A DNA stretch of 64,000 nucleotides from Acidobacteriota bacterium (lineage in GTDB: Bacteria > Acidobacteriota > UBA6911 > RPQK01), in assembly GCA_041946865.1 (NCBI GenBank), contig JBHGBF010000001.1, forward strand, positions 51,338 to 115,337. Reading direction: 5' to 3'. Position numbers and translations under genes: made by a program. This document shows, piece by piece, positions 27,677 to 36,639 of the stretch; the first letter of the stretch is position 1, and the number at the start of each line of letters is the position of its first letter. The notes under the pieces were generated by a model, which did not search any database, was not told where the DNA came from, and saw nothing but the letters and a program-made list of their open reading frames with translations.

Positions 27677-29602
27677 CTAAATCCAGGCCTGCCGTGGGCC
27701 CCCTTGCTGTCCCTGCAAAGCGCGAATCGCCTGGTTCAGCAACGGGAGAAACCGGCGCAGGTTCCTGGAGACTTCCAGATAGAACTGGTGTGATTGACGG
27801 CTGGTCTCCGAGTCCGAACCATCCGTCTCCTGGTTGCTCAGGATCCCGTAAATGGTCGAAAGCACGTAATGAAGCGGTTGCTGGTACTCCTTTGAGCGTT
27901 TCAGTGAACGGTCCACGGCGCTGAGCTGGCGGAGAAGGCTCGAAACGTTGCAGGGCTTTTGGTGCTCGACATGTTCGACCAGAACGGAGCTGAGACGGGC
28001 AGCCTTAGTACACTGTCCAGCCAGCCGATTCAGACGCCGCTCGACGTCCTTGAGGAAGTTCACGAGTCCTTCAATGTTGAAGTGATGTCCTGCGAAGAGG
28101 GTTTGCTCCGCTTCCGTGATCCTCGCGGAAATGTCATTGACACAATGCCGGGAGAGTGCCTCCTTCAATGAAAGGAGGAGCGTTCCTTTGATCCGTGCGC
28201 CCCCTTCCGTTGCATCAATGACGGTCCGTTCAGGGCCGATCGCCCGGATCACGCTCTCAAACCAATGCAGAAAAGATAGGAGTTGCCGGTCCGTCAGCAC
28301 CGGATTCCCGTCGATACCCTCAACCCAGGCCTGGTGCCGGCCCGACCAGACGCGCCAGTCCTTCTCGTCGGGATCACTTTCCCCCGACGCCTGTCCGTCA
28401 GTCCATCGGCGGGGGATCTTGTAACGGAAATCTTTCCCGTGGGTCCCGCGCGCGTGGCTGAGCCCCCCTGTGTACGCCAGGTCTTGCCCGATCAGAATGA
28501 TGGGATCACAGCCGAAGCGGTAGGCCAGAGAGAGACACACGTTGGCCACCGAGGGCCCGATCTTCACCAGTCCGACCGCCGTGCTGCTGAAGCGCTCCAG
28601 CCAGAGATTGCCCTCATTGATCAGCATCAGCGCCTTTCGACCCTGATACTCTTCCGCTACCCGGTAATGAACGGCTGGATCGAAAACAAGGACGGGCTCC
28701 CTGACGGTGAGGCCCCGAAAATGCGACTCGTAGTTGGCCTCGTTTCCATCGAGAGTGACGATGAAATCAGGAGCGATCGACTTCTCAGCGAGAAGCCGGG
28801 AAGTCGTTCCGGTGGCGATGATAACCGCCTTGCCTTTGGCCTGGTGCAGCAAATCCACGTTCCTGCTCAGGGAAGGGCCGGCCGAGACGATAATGGCTGG
28901 CAGACCCGCAAAGCAGCCGAAGATCGCACCCACCGGCGCCGCTTCGGCGAGGCGTGGCAGATTCCTGAGCAAGTTGGTCTGCCAGAGCCAGGCTGCGCTC
29001 AGCACCGTCGCCCGGTCTACCAGCAGGCTGTTCAATTCGCGGCTGATCTCCGTCGAAAAAGCCTGGAATTCACCGGCCAGAAGCCTGGTATAAACCGGAA
29101 GCTTGAGATACCGGATGTTTTTCCACCGGCTGCCGTGAACCACGTATTGTTCTTTGAAAGAATCCCAGTCACGGCACAGGACGACGCGCGGATCGGCCAG
29201 GGCACGTTGAGCCACTGGAAGGGCACGGGCCTCCGCCAGGATCTCGTCATCGGGTTCAACGACAAACACTACGTTCCCGGTCCCAGCCTTCCTCAGCAAC
29301 GCCTCGAGGTGGTAGCCTGACCCCAGCCCGAAGAGCACCAGCAGTTCCTTCTCGCCGAAACTCTGGCTCGACGCCCACTGCGATGCTTCCTCTTGGGGAT
29401 CGTAGCTGCTGTTCAGGAAGACCGACTGACCGCCACGGCTGACTCTTAGTACCGGGTCACCATTCCGAGCGCTGACAACTTTGCATGTCCCCGCAAGCAT
29501 CTCAGTTTGTCCCTTTAGCGAATTCGGCCGACCAGCTGTCAAGCAGCGGCCGCAGCTCGTAGCAGACAATGTCGCCGGCCAGGCCATAGTCCTGATGCTC
29601 AA
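27677..29602 (-). CDS. maf: Motility accessory factor (Maf/DUF115) flagellin nonulosonate glycosyltransferase-like protein
   Basis: 641 aa. DUF115/MAF_flag10-like core (GLPAIIVSAGPSLSRNVDLL...AVIIATGT...PDFIVTLDGNEANYE...ILIGQDLAYTGG). Adjacent to pse genes and flagellins. N-terminal ~35 aa may not be translated. Confidence 0.6.
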   Translation of the reverse strand: MSIRTMAWPATLSATSCGRCLTAGRPNSLKGQTEMLAGTCKVVSARNGDPVLRVSRGGQSVFLNSSYDPQEEASQWASSQSFGEKELLVLFGLGSGYHLEALLRKAGTGNVVFVVEPDDEILAEARALPVAQRALADPRVVLCRDWDSFKEQYVVHGSRWKNIRYLKLPVYTRLLAGEFQAFSTEISRELNSLLVDRATVLSAAWLWQTNLLRNLPRLAEAAPVGAIFGCFAGLPAIIVSAGPSLSRNVDLLHQAKGKAVIIATGTTSRLLAEKSIAPDFIVTLDGNEANYESHFRGLTVREPVLVFDPAVHYRVAEEYQGRKALMLINEGNLWLERFSSTAVGLVKIGPSVANVCLSLAYRFGCDPIILIGQDLAYTGGLSHARGTHGKDFRYKIPRRWTDGQASGESDPDEKDWRVWSGRHQAWVEGIDGNPVLTDRQLLSFLHWFESVIRAIGPERTVIDATEGGARIKGTLLLSLKEALSRHCVNDISARITEAEQTLFAGHHFNIEGLVNFLKDVERRLNRLAGQCTKAARLSSVLVEHVEHQKPCNVSSLLRQLSAVDRSLKRSKEYQQPLHYVLSTIYGILSNQETDGSDSETSRQSHQFYLEVSRNLRRFLPLLNQAIRALQGQQGGPRQAWI

Positions 29603-29891
29603 GCGCCTCGACCAGAGGCTTCAAGGTCAGGGGCAACGCGGAGAGATCCAGCGACAATCCCTTTTCAGCCTGCACGGGATGGGTCAGCTGGATGGCCTCT
29701 GACACGGTTCCCAGACCTTCGAGGAGTCGCTTCAGCAGTGCGATTCCTTCATCGAATTGCCCCAACTGGAAGTGGGTGTGAACTTCTACACACGCCCGAC
29801 TCAGCTCCTGGTTGTAAACCTGCGCCTCCGAGATCGCCTGGAGCATCAGTTCTGTATCGTTCTGATTTCCCATCGCCATTGCCCTTCGCAA
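29502..29891 (-). CDS. Hypothetical protein, first ORF of the glycosylation operon (overlaps maf 5' end by ~100 nt in another frame)
   Basis: 129 aa helical ORF with no recognised motif. Coding status uncertain. Confidence 0.35.
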   Translation of the reverse strand: MRRAMAMGNQNDTELMLQAISEAQVYNQELSRACVEVHTHFQLGQFDEGIALLKRLLEGLGTVSEAIQLTHPVQAEKGLSLDLSALPLTLKPLVEALEHQDYGLAGDIVCYELRPLLDSWSAEFAKGTN

Positions 29892-30010
29892 GCCGCGTGC
29901 CAGCTTTACGGCGGACGCTGGTAACCGCGCACTGCCGCCATAAAATCTTCGGAATTAAACATTTGTCGCGGCTCTTTAGGACAGGTGGGAGCTTTGGCTC
30001 GCAATGACAG

Positions 30011-30040
30011 ATTCTTGACGCTTTCGCTGGAGTTCTTGAC
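30011..30040. promoter_or_regulatory. Direct repeat TTCTTGACG x2 (21-nt spacing) in the divergent promoter region between glycosylation operon and Fe-ADH/NeuB operon
   Basis: Reads attcttgacgctttcgctggagttcttgacgatttcatgac. Repeat starts are two helical turns apart. Contains TTGACG -35-like hexamers. Confidence 0.3.
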
Positions 30041-30148
30041 GATTTCATGACCCGACGTGCCTTTAACCGCTTGTGTCTGAGGTGGCCTCCTGGCGGCCAA
30101 TCCTGTGCGGAGGGATTCTAAGCGGGGTGGGGGCGTTGCCTCGGCAAT

Positions 30149-30166
30149 TAGGGCAAGGATTTTGCA
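30149..30166 (+). promoter_or_regulatory. Possible sigma54-type promoter (gGGCAaG-N4-TTGCA) immediately upstream of Fe-ADH gene
   Basis: Reads agggcaaggattttgcat. GG and GC are spaced 12 nt apart as in the TGGCACG-N4-TTGCW consensus. The -24 hexamer is imperfect. Coordinates approximate (+/-2). Confidence 0.3.
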
Positions 30167-30180
30167 TCGTACCATCTCGC

Positions 30181-31356
30181 ATGAGTACACACGACCCTTT
30201 TCGCTCGAATCTTCCCGGCATGCCGGCGTTGTACGTTCCCACCCGGATATACGCGGGGGCCGGGGCATCCGAGGGTCTGACAGCGATCCTTCGCTCCCTG
30301 GGCCGGAGCAGAGTTCTTCTGCTGTCCGGAAAACATTTCTCTCGAAACCTGGCGGAGCAGATCCAGGAGCGCCTGAAGAGTCCGGGCATATCGTGCGAGT
30401 TGCTGTCAGGGATTGATTCGGAGCCGGATTCGGACAGCCTCGACCGAATGTCGAGCGAGGTGAAGGCCCGGTGTCCTGACGCGATGATCGCCGTAGGCGG
30501 GGGCAGTGTCATGGACGCGGGAAAATACCTCGCCGCCTGGACGGCCAACGGCGGCGGGTGTGTCGATTACGAGAAGGGCCGTTCCTTCGATCGACCCGGC
30601 GTCCCTTTGATTACGGTCCCCACCGTGGCGGGAAGCGGCAGTGAAGTGACGCCTTACAGTGTCATCAACTCGAGCGCCACGGGAAGAAAGTTCACTCTGC
30701 GCAGCGCGCGACTCTGGCCCTTCGCCGCCTGGGTAGACGCCGGGCTGACCGCCGGGGCGGGGGCAAACGTGACTATCCCGCCCGCTCTGGATGCCTGGAC
30801 ACATTGCCTTGAATGCCGGCTTAGCCGGGAGTCGACCGGTTTTTCCGACCTGTTCGCGGGTGAGGGTATGGCGCTGATTCAGCAGTGGCTCGGGAAGACG
30901 CTCCATGACGGCGCCGACCTCGAAGGCCGGAGTGCTCTCTCCCGGGCGTCGATCCTCGGAGGGATCGCCATCTCCCACGTCCGTACCGGCATGGTCCACA
31001 CCCTTTCGGTGGCGCTGGCGCCGCATGTAAAGCTGGCGCATGGCTGGTTGAACGCGATCATCCTTCCCCATGTTTTGAACTTCAATAAGGGATGCTACGG
31101 GATGAAGCTGCGGAGAATCGCGGCGGACTTGTCGGGCCAGCCGGCCGGGGACGACGACCGTGCCATTGCGGCCATCCGGGAATGGCTCGACACACTGCAG
31201 GTGCCCAGAGATCTGGCCTCGCATCGGCCACCCGGCCTTTCAGTCGTGAGGGATCGAATCCTCGAGGATCAAGGCCTGCCCGCGGTCAGCATGAGGCCGT
31301 TCACAGCCGGAGACGTCGAAGAGATTGTCAATTCCGTTCTTGGCAGGAGCAGATGA
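30181..31356 (+). CDS. Iron-containing (group III) alcohol dehydrogenase family protein
   Basis: Start MSTHDPFRS. Fe-ADH motifs (AVGGGSVMDAGKYLA, PTVAGSGSEVTPYSVIN) and metal-binding His region HVRTGMVHTLS. The upstream part of the listed ORF (30073) is probably untranslated. Confidence 0.75.
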   Translation: MSTHDPFRSNLPGMPALYVPTRIYAGAGASEGLTAILRSLGRSRVLLLSGKHFSRNLAEQIQERLKSPGISCELLSGIDSEPDSDSLDRMSSEVKARCPDAMIAVGGGSVMDAGKYLAAWTANGGGCVDYEKGRSFDRPGVPLITVPTVAGSGSEVTPYSVINSSATGRKFTLRSARLWPFAAWVDAGLTAGAGANVTIPPALDAWTHCLECRLSRESTGFSDLFAGEGMALIQQWLGKTLHDGADLEGRSALSRASILGGIAISHVRTGMVHTLSVALAPHVKLAHGWLNAIILPHVLNFNKGCYGMKLRRIAADLSGQPAGDDDRAIAAIREWLDTLQVPRDLASHRPPGLSVVRDRILEDQGLPAVSMRPFTAGDVEEIVNSVLGRSR

Positions 31357-31898
31357 ACACAATCGTCAAACCATCAGGAGGCACTGGGCGAACCGATCAG
31401 AAAGGACGCAGGCTGAGACCGTTCATCGGCTCGGCCCGTGAACTCGCCGCCGGACTTGGGCGCTACTGCGACTGGTATTCCGGAGTGCCGGACAGCATGT
31501 TTCGCCGGGTCCTGCCTTCTCTTGTCCCGTACTATCGCGCGGCGAGGGAAAACCATGCTCTGGGCATGGCATTTGGTGCGCGCCTGGGGGGCAGCCGCCC
31601 CTGCGTGCTGATGCAGAACAGCGGGCTGGGGCTGTCTTTGGACGTGGCTTTGGGGCTGTTCGGGCTCTACCGCCTCGGTGCCCTCGTCGTGGTGGCTCAG
31701 CGTGGCGAACTCGAATGGGAAGAGCCTCAGCATAAAGATTGGGGCGAAAAGACAGTCCCCGTATTGAGGGCCATGGATATACCCGTGTATGACTTCGAAC
31801 AGGGTAGACTTGACGCCCTGGCTCTGGCTGCCGGGACTGCGTTTGAGGATGACCGGATAGCGGTGCTTCTGATTCACAGGGGAAACATCGATGAATAG
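31353..31898 (+). CDS. TPP-dependent decarboxylase, alpha (N-terminal PYR-domain) subunit; sulfopyruvate/phosphonopyruvate decarboxylase-like
   Basis: Start MNTIVKPSGG, overlapping the Fe-ADH stop (ATGA). 181 aa. Has the split-decarboxylase architecture (ALGMAFGARLGGSRPCVLMQNSGLGLSLDVALGLFG). Confidence 0.6.
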   Translation: MNTIVKPSGGTGRTDQKGRRLRPFIGSARELAAGLGRYCDWYSGVPDSMFRRVLPSLVPYYRAARENHALGMAFGARLGGSRPCVLMQNSGLGLSLDVALGLFGLYRLGALVVVAQRGELEWEEPQHKDWGEKTVPVLRAMDIPVYDFEQGRLDALALAAGTAFEDDRIAVLLIHRGNIDE

Positions 31899-32367
31899 GA
31901 TGGAAGCAATCCGCTACATCCTGGCCAGGCACCCCGGTGCAGCAGTGATTTTCTGTAACGGGCTGAACTCGAGAGAAGCGAGTCATCTAGCCCACCGGCC
32001 AGGGAACTTCTATCTGTTGCACGGGATGGGCGAAGCCTTGTCAGTGGGATTGGGCCTTCGCCAATCCCGGCCGGATCTCGAGGTCGTGGTTGTTGACGGA
32101 GACGGGAATGCGGCCATGGGGCTGGGTGCATGGACGAGCCTTCCCTGCGACGGCGTCCATTACTACGTGCTGAAGAACTCGTGCTACGAGACCACTGGCG
32201 GCCAGGCCGTCCCCGATCTTCCTTTCAGTCACGATGCGGTCCAGGTCATGGTGGTCGACCCGGGGATCACTGGGACCCCTAATCCACCACCCGCAGCACA
32301 GATCAAACTTGAGTTCCAACAATGGCTGGCCGATAGAGGCCGGCAGGAGAAGGGAATCAATGAGTGA
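31891..32367 (+). CDS. TPP-dependent decarboxylase, beta (TPP-binding) subunit
   Basis: 158 aa. TPP-binding motif GDGNAAMGLG and LHGMGEALSVGLG. 8-nt overlap with the alpha subunit. Confidence 0.6.
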   Translation: MNRMEAIRYILARHPGAAVIFCNGLNSREASHLAHRPGNFYLLHGMGEALSVGLGLRQSRPDLEVVVVDGDGNAAMGLGAWTSLPCDGVHYYVLKNSCYETTGGQAVPDLPFSHDAVQVMVVDPGITGTPNPPPAAQIKLEFQQWLADRGRQEKGINE

Positions 32368-33508
32368 AAAGCGTTTCACGGTCGGCCACGTGGAGATCGG
32401 GGAAGGACTTCCCTGTCTGTTGGTGGCAGAGATCGGCCTGAATCATAACGGCAGCCTGTCGCTGGCGCATCAACACATCAGTGCCGCCGCCCTCGCGGGC
32501 GCCAGCATGGTGAAGTTCCAGAAAAGGTGTCCTTCCGAACTGGCCACCGCGCCGTTTCTGGACGCCCCCTTCCCCAAATCACCGCTCTTCGGCAGGACCC
32601 AGCGGGAAGTACGCCAGCGACTGGAGTTTTCGGAGGTGCAACTGAAAGAATTGCAGGAGCATGCTGCCGAGCTGGGGCTGATGTTCTCCATGTCGGTCTT
32701 CGACATGCCGAGTCTTCAGGCGGCACTGAACCTGAAGCTTCCAGTCCTTAAAATCGCCAGCCACAGTATAACCAACGCTCCTTTGCTGGAAGCGGCTGCC
32801 CGGTCGGGTGTGCCGATCATTCTGAGCATGGGGGCTGCCACCTGGGAAGAAAGGGACCAGGCCTTCGAAGTACTCAGGGATTGCGAGTTGGCTCTTCTCC
32901 ATTGTGTCAGCGCTTATCCTTGCCCAGACTCGCTGGTGAAGCTGGACACGATCGCGGAGCTGAAACGGCGGTACGGAAGGGTGACCGGCTACAGCGGTCA
33001 TGAGACCGGCGTCGATGTGTCTGTCGCGGCGGCACTCCTGGGTGCGTCGCTGATCGAGCGACACTTCACGCTGAACCGGTCCATGGTTGGGCTGGACCAC
33101 GGAATGAGCGTGGAACCGGCCGAATTCGCCGAGATGGCACGCCGGATCAGGCGAGTCGAGAAAGTCCGCGGAGTGTCGGAGGGCATCGTTTATGAAGAGC
33201 TGGCCTCGCGGAGGAACTACCACGTCTCGATCTGTACGCGTCGCGCGCTTTCGAGCGGACGCGTGCTGCGGCCTTCGGATCTCGTTTGCAAGCAGCCTCT
33301 GATCGACGACCGACAGTATTTCACAGGGCTCGAAATCAAGCACGTGGTCGGTCGGCGGCTCACCCGGAATCTGCCTGCCGATACGCCAATCCCCCGGGAC
33401 GCAGTCGCTGATGGGGATGAGATGGCGCCCCTTGACCGAATCGGCGCATACCCCGTCACGGCAATGCGGGCCAATGGAGAAGGGCTGCGGGCTCGGGGCG
33501 CCAAGTAA
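32360..33508 (+). CDS. neuB: NeuB-family nonulosonic acid synthase with C-terminal SAF domain (second paralog in window)
   Basis: Start MSEKRFTVGHVEIGEGLPCLLVAEIGLNHNGSLSLAHQHISAAALAGASMVKFQKR, the NeuB signature. Also KIASHSITN and GYSGHETG. C-terminal ~70 aa is SAF-like. 8-nt overlap with the upstream gene. Confidence 0.75.
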   Translation: MSEKRFTVGHVEIGEGLPCLLVAEIGLNHNGSLSLAHQHISAAALAGASMVKFQKRCPSELATAPFLDAPFPKSPLFGRTQREVRQRLEFSEVQLKELQEHAAELGLMFSMSVFDMPSLQAALNLKLPVLKIASHSITNAPLLEAAARSGVPIILSMGAATWEERDQAFEVLRDCELALLHCVSAYPCPDSLVKLDTIAELKRRYGRVTGYSGHETGVDVSVAAALLGASLIERHFTLNRSMVGLDHGMSVEPAEFAEMARRIRRVEKVRGVSEGIVYEELASRRNYHVSICTRRALSSGRVLRPSDLVCKQPLIDDRQYFTGLEIKHVVGRRLTRNLPADTPIPRDAVADGDEMAPLDRIGAYPVTAMRANGEGLRARGAK

Positions 33509-33513
33509 CCTGG

Positions 33514-33870
33514 TCAGGCGGAATGGTTGACCCGGGGAGAGGGCGGCTCGCTCTTGACGAGCGCGGCGATGTAGTGCCTTCCGCGTTGGAGCTTCTGGCT
33601 TTCGCGGCCTGTCTCATCCAAGATCGCCTGCCATTCCTGGCGCACCGCGTCGGCTTGCTGGTTGAGATCTTGAAGGAGCCTGGCCAGCCTGCTGCTGTCG
33701 GCGGTGCTGAGCGAGGCGAGATCGGCCGGCGGGCGGGAAATCACAGCAGACAGCGCTCGGACTTGCCGTTGGAGGCGATGGGCTTCCTCCAGAGACCTCT
33801 CCTCCAGAGCGACCCGCAGCTGCGCCAACGTCTGGTAAAGCCTTTCATAGTTTGCGAACATGGCCCTCAT
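33514..33870 (-). CDS. Hypothetical helical protein downstream of fliS (possible FliT-like export chaperone)
   Basis: 118 aa, all-helical, Q/R/L-rich. Occupies the fliD-fliS-fliT position. No motif-level support. Confidence 0.3.
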   Translation of the reverse strand: MRAMFANYERLYQTLAQLRVALEERSLEEAHRLQRQVRALSAVISRPPADLASLSTADSSRLARLLQDLNQQADAVRQEWQAILDETGRESQKLQRGRHYIAALVKSEPPSPRVNHSA

Positions 33871-33873
33871 CTC

Positions 33874-34332
33874 TCAACGCATCGATAGTGTGGACTGGTG
33901 AACGCTGAGGGTGTCTGGATAAGCCGAGGGGACTCTCGGGGCTTTCTGGGTCATCCGATAGGTCTGACGCGCTTCTTCCCAGCCGGAAAGGAGTGTCGAG
34001 AGCAGTCGCACGACTTCCTCGACTGGTTGTGGGTCCTGCTGTGCGTTGGCCTGCGAGATGCGCCGCAGCATATAGGTATAGAGCCGATCAAGCGAGGCTG
34101 CAATCTCTCCGCCCTTCTCAAAATTCAGCGAAGTCTGAAGCTCCGAGATCATAGCGATCGCCTTGTTGATTCGGGCCACGCGTTTTTCAATGTCACCACT
34201 GGCGAAATAAGCGCTTGCCTGACCCAGTTCGCGAATTGCGCCTTTGTAAAGGATCAGGATCAGGTCGAAGGGATCGGCCGTATGGACCTCCATTTCCTGG
34301 TAGCGCAGCGCGTAGTTGTTTGTCAGACCCAT
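33874..34332 (-). CDS. fliS: Flagellin-specific export chaperone FliS
   Basis: NYALRYQEMEVHTADPFDLILILYKGAIRELGQA...RVARINKAIAMISELQTSLNFEKGGEIAASLDRLYTYM is a typical FliS. Confidence 0.9.
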   Translation of the reverse strand: MGLTNNYALRYQEMEVHTADPFDLILILYKGAIRELGQASAYFASGDIEKRVARINKAIAMISELQTSLNFEKGGEIAASLDRLYTYMLRRISQANAQQDPQPVEEVVRLLSTLLSGWEEARQTYRMTQKAPRVPSAYPDTLSVHQSTLSMR

Positions 34333-34363
34333 TGCCTTCTGCTCCTTTCAACTCGGTACGTAA

Positions 34364-36304
34364 TTAGCTTCGGAAAGCGGTCAACTGGCTCAACTGCAGG
34401 GCCAGGCTTGCCTGCAGGGAGTTCAGCTCCTGGAGAGCCTGGCTAGCCCTCGAAAATTGTTCGGTCAGATATTGTTCCCGCAGGGAGAGTCGGTTTTCAA
34501 TTTCATCGATATCGTGCCGGAAAGAACGGATTGTTCCTTCCAGGTTCGTGATGGTGCCGTTGATGGGTCCCTCCAGCGAATCCGTAAAACCGTCAACAAG
34601 GCGCGCCAGCTGCTCCGTGTAACCCAGGGTCACATCAACACTGCCAAAAGTCCCCGTGCCGGCGCCGGTGAACTGCACTCGCAGTCCCTTGACCGGTCCT
34701 TGATCTCCGGTGAGGACGTCGCCGGTTCCCGTTGCGGCGTAGGAGATCGAGGTGACTGTATCCGTGAAGCTGCCCGCTATGTCGAGGCCGCTATCGGAAA
34801 GTCCGGCAGTGCCAATCCCTGTCCCCGCGCCGTCCAGGCTCGAAGTCACGGAAAAGGCCGCGGCCGATCCCTTTTCAACTGAGGTGATGACGAGGTTGTT
34901 CGAGGCTTTCGAGGCGCTTAAGGCCAATCCATCGGCGGCAAGCTGATCGTTGAGGGCCTCGACGACGGCGTCCAGATCCATATCACTGGTGAGATGGACC
35001 ACCGAAGAGCTGGCGCCCCTGGTGAAGGTCAGTGTCTCATCGACGCCGAGGGTTGGACCGATGGCGTTGGGCGAGCTGATACGGGCGGCTTCGGGGGCGG
35101 TCGTGATGTTGACTTGATAGTTGCCCGCCTCGGTGTCGCCGGTCAGACCCAGAAAGCTGACCATGGCATGACTGGTTTCGCCGTTGGCGAGGAACAGCTG
35201 CCTTATCTCGCCGAAGCGCTCATCCAGGTTCTCGTCCAGCGTGGCGGAGTCGATCGTCAGCGTTCCGTCGTTTTCGAGCTTGATGCCGGCGGCGGCGAGA
35301 TTCGTAAGATCACCGGAGAGACCACTGACGGCGCCGCTGACAATGCGGGACATCTGAATCTGAATTGATCGCAGGAGGCTCTCACCCGCCAAGGGTCCGG
35401 CAGCTTTGGCCGCTTCGTTGTATTCGAACTGGCCGTTAATTAAGGTGTAGGCTTTGTTGTAGGCTTCAACGAATTGGGTGATGCTCTCCCGGACACGATC
35501 GGCATCGTTCTCGACGGTGAGGATGACTGGGCCGGTCGTGGTGTCGTGCAGGTCGATCTGGACTCCTTCAATCACGTCCTGGACCTGGTTGCTGCTGCTT
35601 GTAACGGTGAGCCCGTTCACGGTCAGGAGGGCATCCAGTTCGCTGGTTGACCCGATCAGATGCGTCCTCGACAGGGAGAAAGGAGTCAAGCCATCCGACA
35701 GGGTGAGAGTGTTGTTCGAGATCGACAGGGCGTTCGCGGCGCCGGACTCGGAACTGGTGATGGTCAGGCGGTAGCCTGTTCCATCGTTGACGATGGCCGC
35801 CGTCGCCTGTGCCCCGGAGGTGTTGATTGCTCTCTTCAGACCCTCGAGAGTATTGTTGGAGCTGTCTATGGTAATGGTAGTGGTGACATCTCCGACGGTC
35901 AGATCAAAACTGCCGACTCCGATGGCGCTGCTGGAAGAGGCGAAACTCGATGCCGAGGCGAAGTTGTCAAACAAGGCCAGGCGCGTGATCTGCAACTGGT
36001 AGGTCCCCGGTTGCGACTCGCTGGAAGCCGTTGCCGTCAGTTTGGCCTCGTCCGAAGAGATCGCCTTCATGGCTGAGAAGCTCTCCGGGTCATTCAGCCC
36101 ATCCAGGGCGGAAGCCAGTGAACTCAGCTCGGAGTTGAGCTTGTTGAAAGCCTCGATCTTGGCCTGGTAGGTGTTGATCTTCTGGTCGAGCCGGCGGATG
36201 GGCTCGCGCTCCACGTACATGATCTGCTGGACCAGTCCATAGACGTCCAGACCGCCGGCTCCTCCAAGAATCGAGCTGATTCCTCCCACAGTGTCCTCCT
36301 TCAA
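34364..36304 (-). CDS. fliD: Flagellar filament cap protein FliD (hook-associated protein 2)
   Basis: 646 aa. N-terminal GISSILGGAGGLDVYGLVQQIMYVEREPIRRLDQKINTYQAKIEAFNKL and C-terminal QELNSLQASLALQLSQLTAF coiled-coil. T/S-rich central region. Confidence 0.85.
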   Translation of the reverse strand: MKEDTVGGISSILGGAGGLDVYGLVQQIMYVEREPIRRLDQKINTYQAKIEAFNKLNSELSSLASALDGLNDPESFSAMKAISSDEAKLTATASSESQPGTYQLQITRLALFDNFASASSFASSSSAIGVGSFDLTVGDVTTTITIDSSNNTLEGLKRAINTSGAQATAAIVNDGTGYRLTITSSESGAANALSISNNTLTLSDGLTPFSLSRTHLIGSTSELDALLTVNGLTVTSSSNQVQDVIEGVQIDLHDTTTGPVILTVENDADRVRESITQFVEAYNKAYTLINGQFEYNEAAKAAGPLAGESLLRSIQIQMSRIVSGAVSGLSGDLTNLAAAGIKLENDGTLTIDSATLDENLDERFGEIRQLFLANGETSHAMVSFLGLTGDTEAGNYQVNITTAPEAARISSPNAIGPTLGVDETLTFTRGASSSVVHLTSDMDLDAVVEALNDQLAADGLALSASKASNNLVITSVEKGSAAAFSVTSSLDGAGTGIGTAGLSDSGLDIAGSFTDTVTSISYAATGTGDVLTGDQGPVKGLRVQFTGAGTGTFGSVDVTLGYTEQLARLVDGFTDSLEGPINGTITNLEGTIRSFRHDIDEIENRLSLREQYLTEQFSRASQALQELNSLQASLALQLSQLTAFRS

Positions 36305-36639
36305 GCGATCGTGTCAAGGACTCGGCCGTTAAGTTGTTCCACCAACTCACGAAGTTTGCGAAGCTCCTCAGGAGGGATTTCACGCAGCACTTCTCCGGTC
36401 TCGCGGTCGACTACCTGGACGTACAAGCGGTTGGTTTTCTCATCTATCACGACCTGGAGAAGCTCCTTCAACTGAACCGGCTCGACCGGCTTGCGTGCCT
36501 GTTTCGCCCGTTCCGGCATGCCCGGCCAGGCCTTAGGTTCGTCCTCCTGCCTGGATCGCTCCGGCGCGCTCAGACCGACAACACGCCGGGCATCGACCGT
36601 CGAGAACCGTTCAATGTCAAGCTTTACGGGTTCAGACAT
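36301..36639 (-). CDS. flaG: Flagellar protein FlaG
   Basis: 112 aa. C-terminal QVVIDEKTNRLYVQVVDRETGEVLREIPPEELRKL matches the FlaG family. ATGA-coupled to fliD. Confidence 0.8.
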   Translation of the reverse strand: MSEPVKLDIERFSTVDARRVVGLSAPERSRQEDEPKAWPGMPERAKQARKPVEPVQLKELLQVVIDEKTNRLYVQVVDRETGEVLREIPPEELRKLRELVEQLNGRVLDTIA

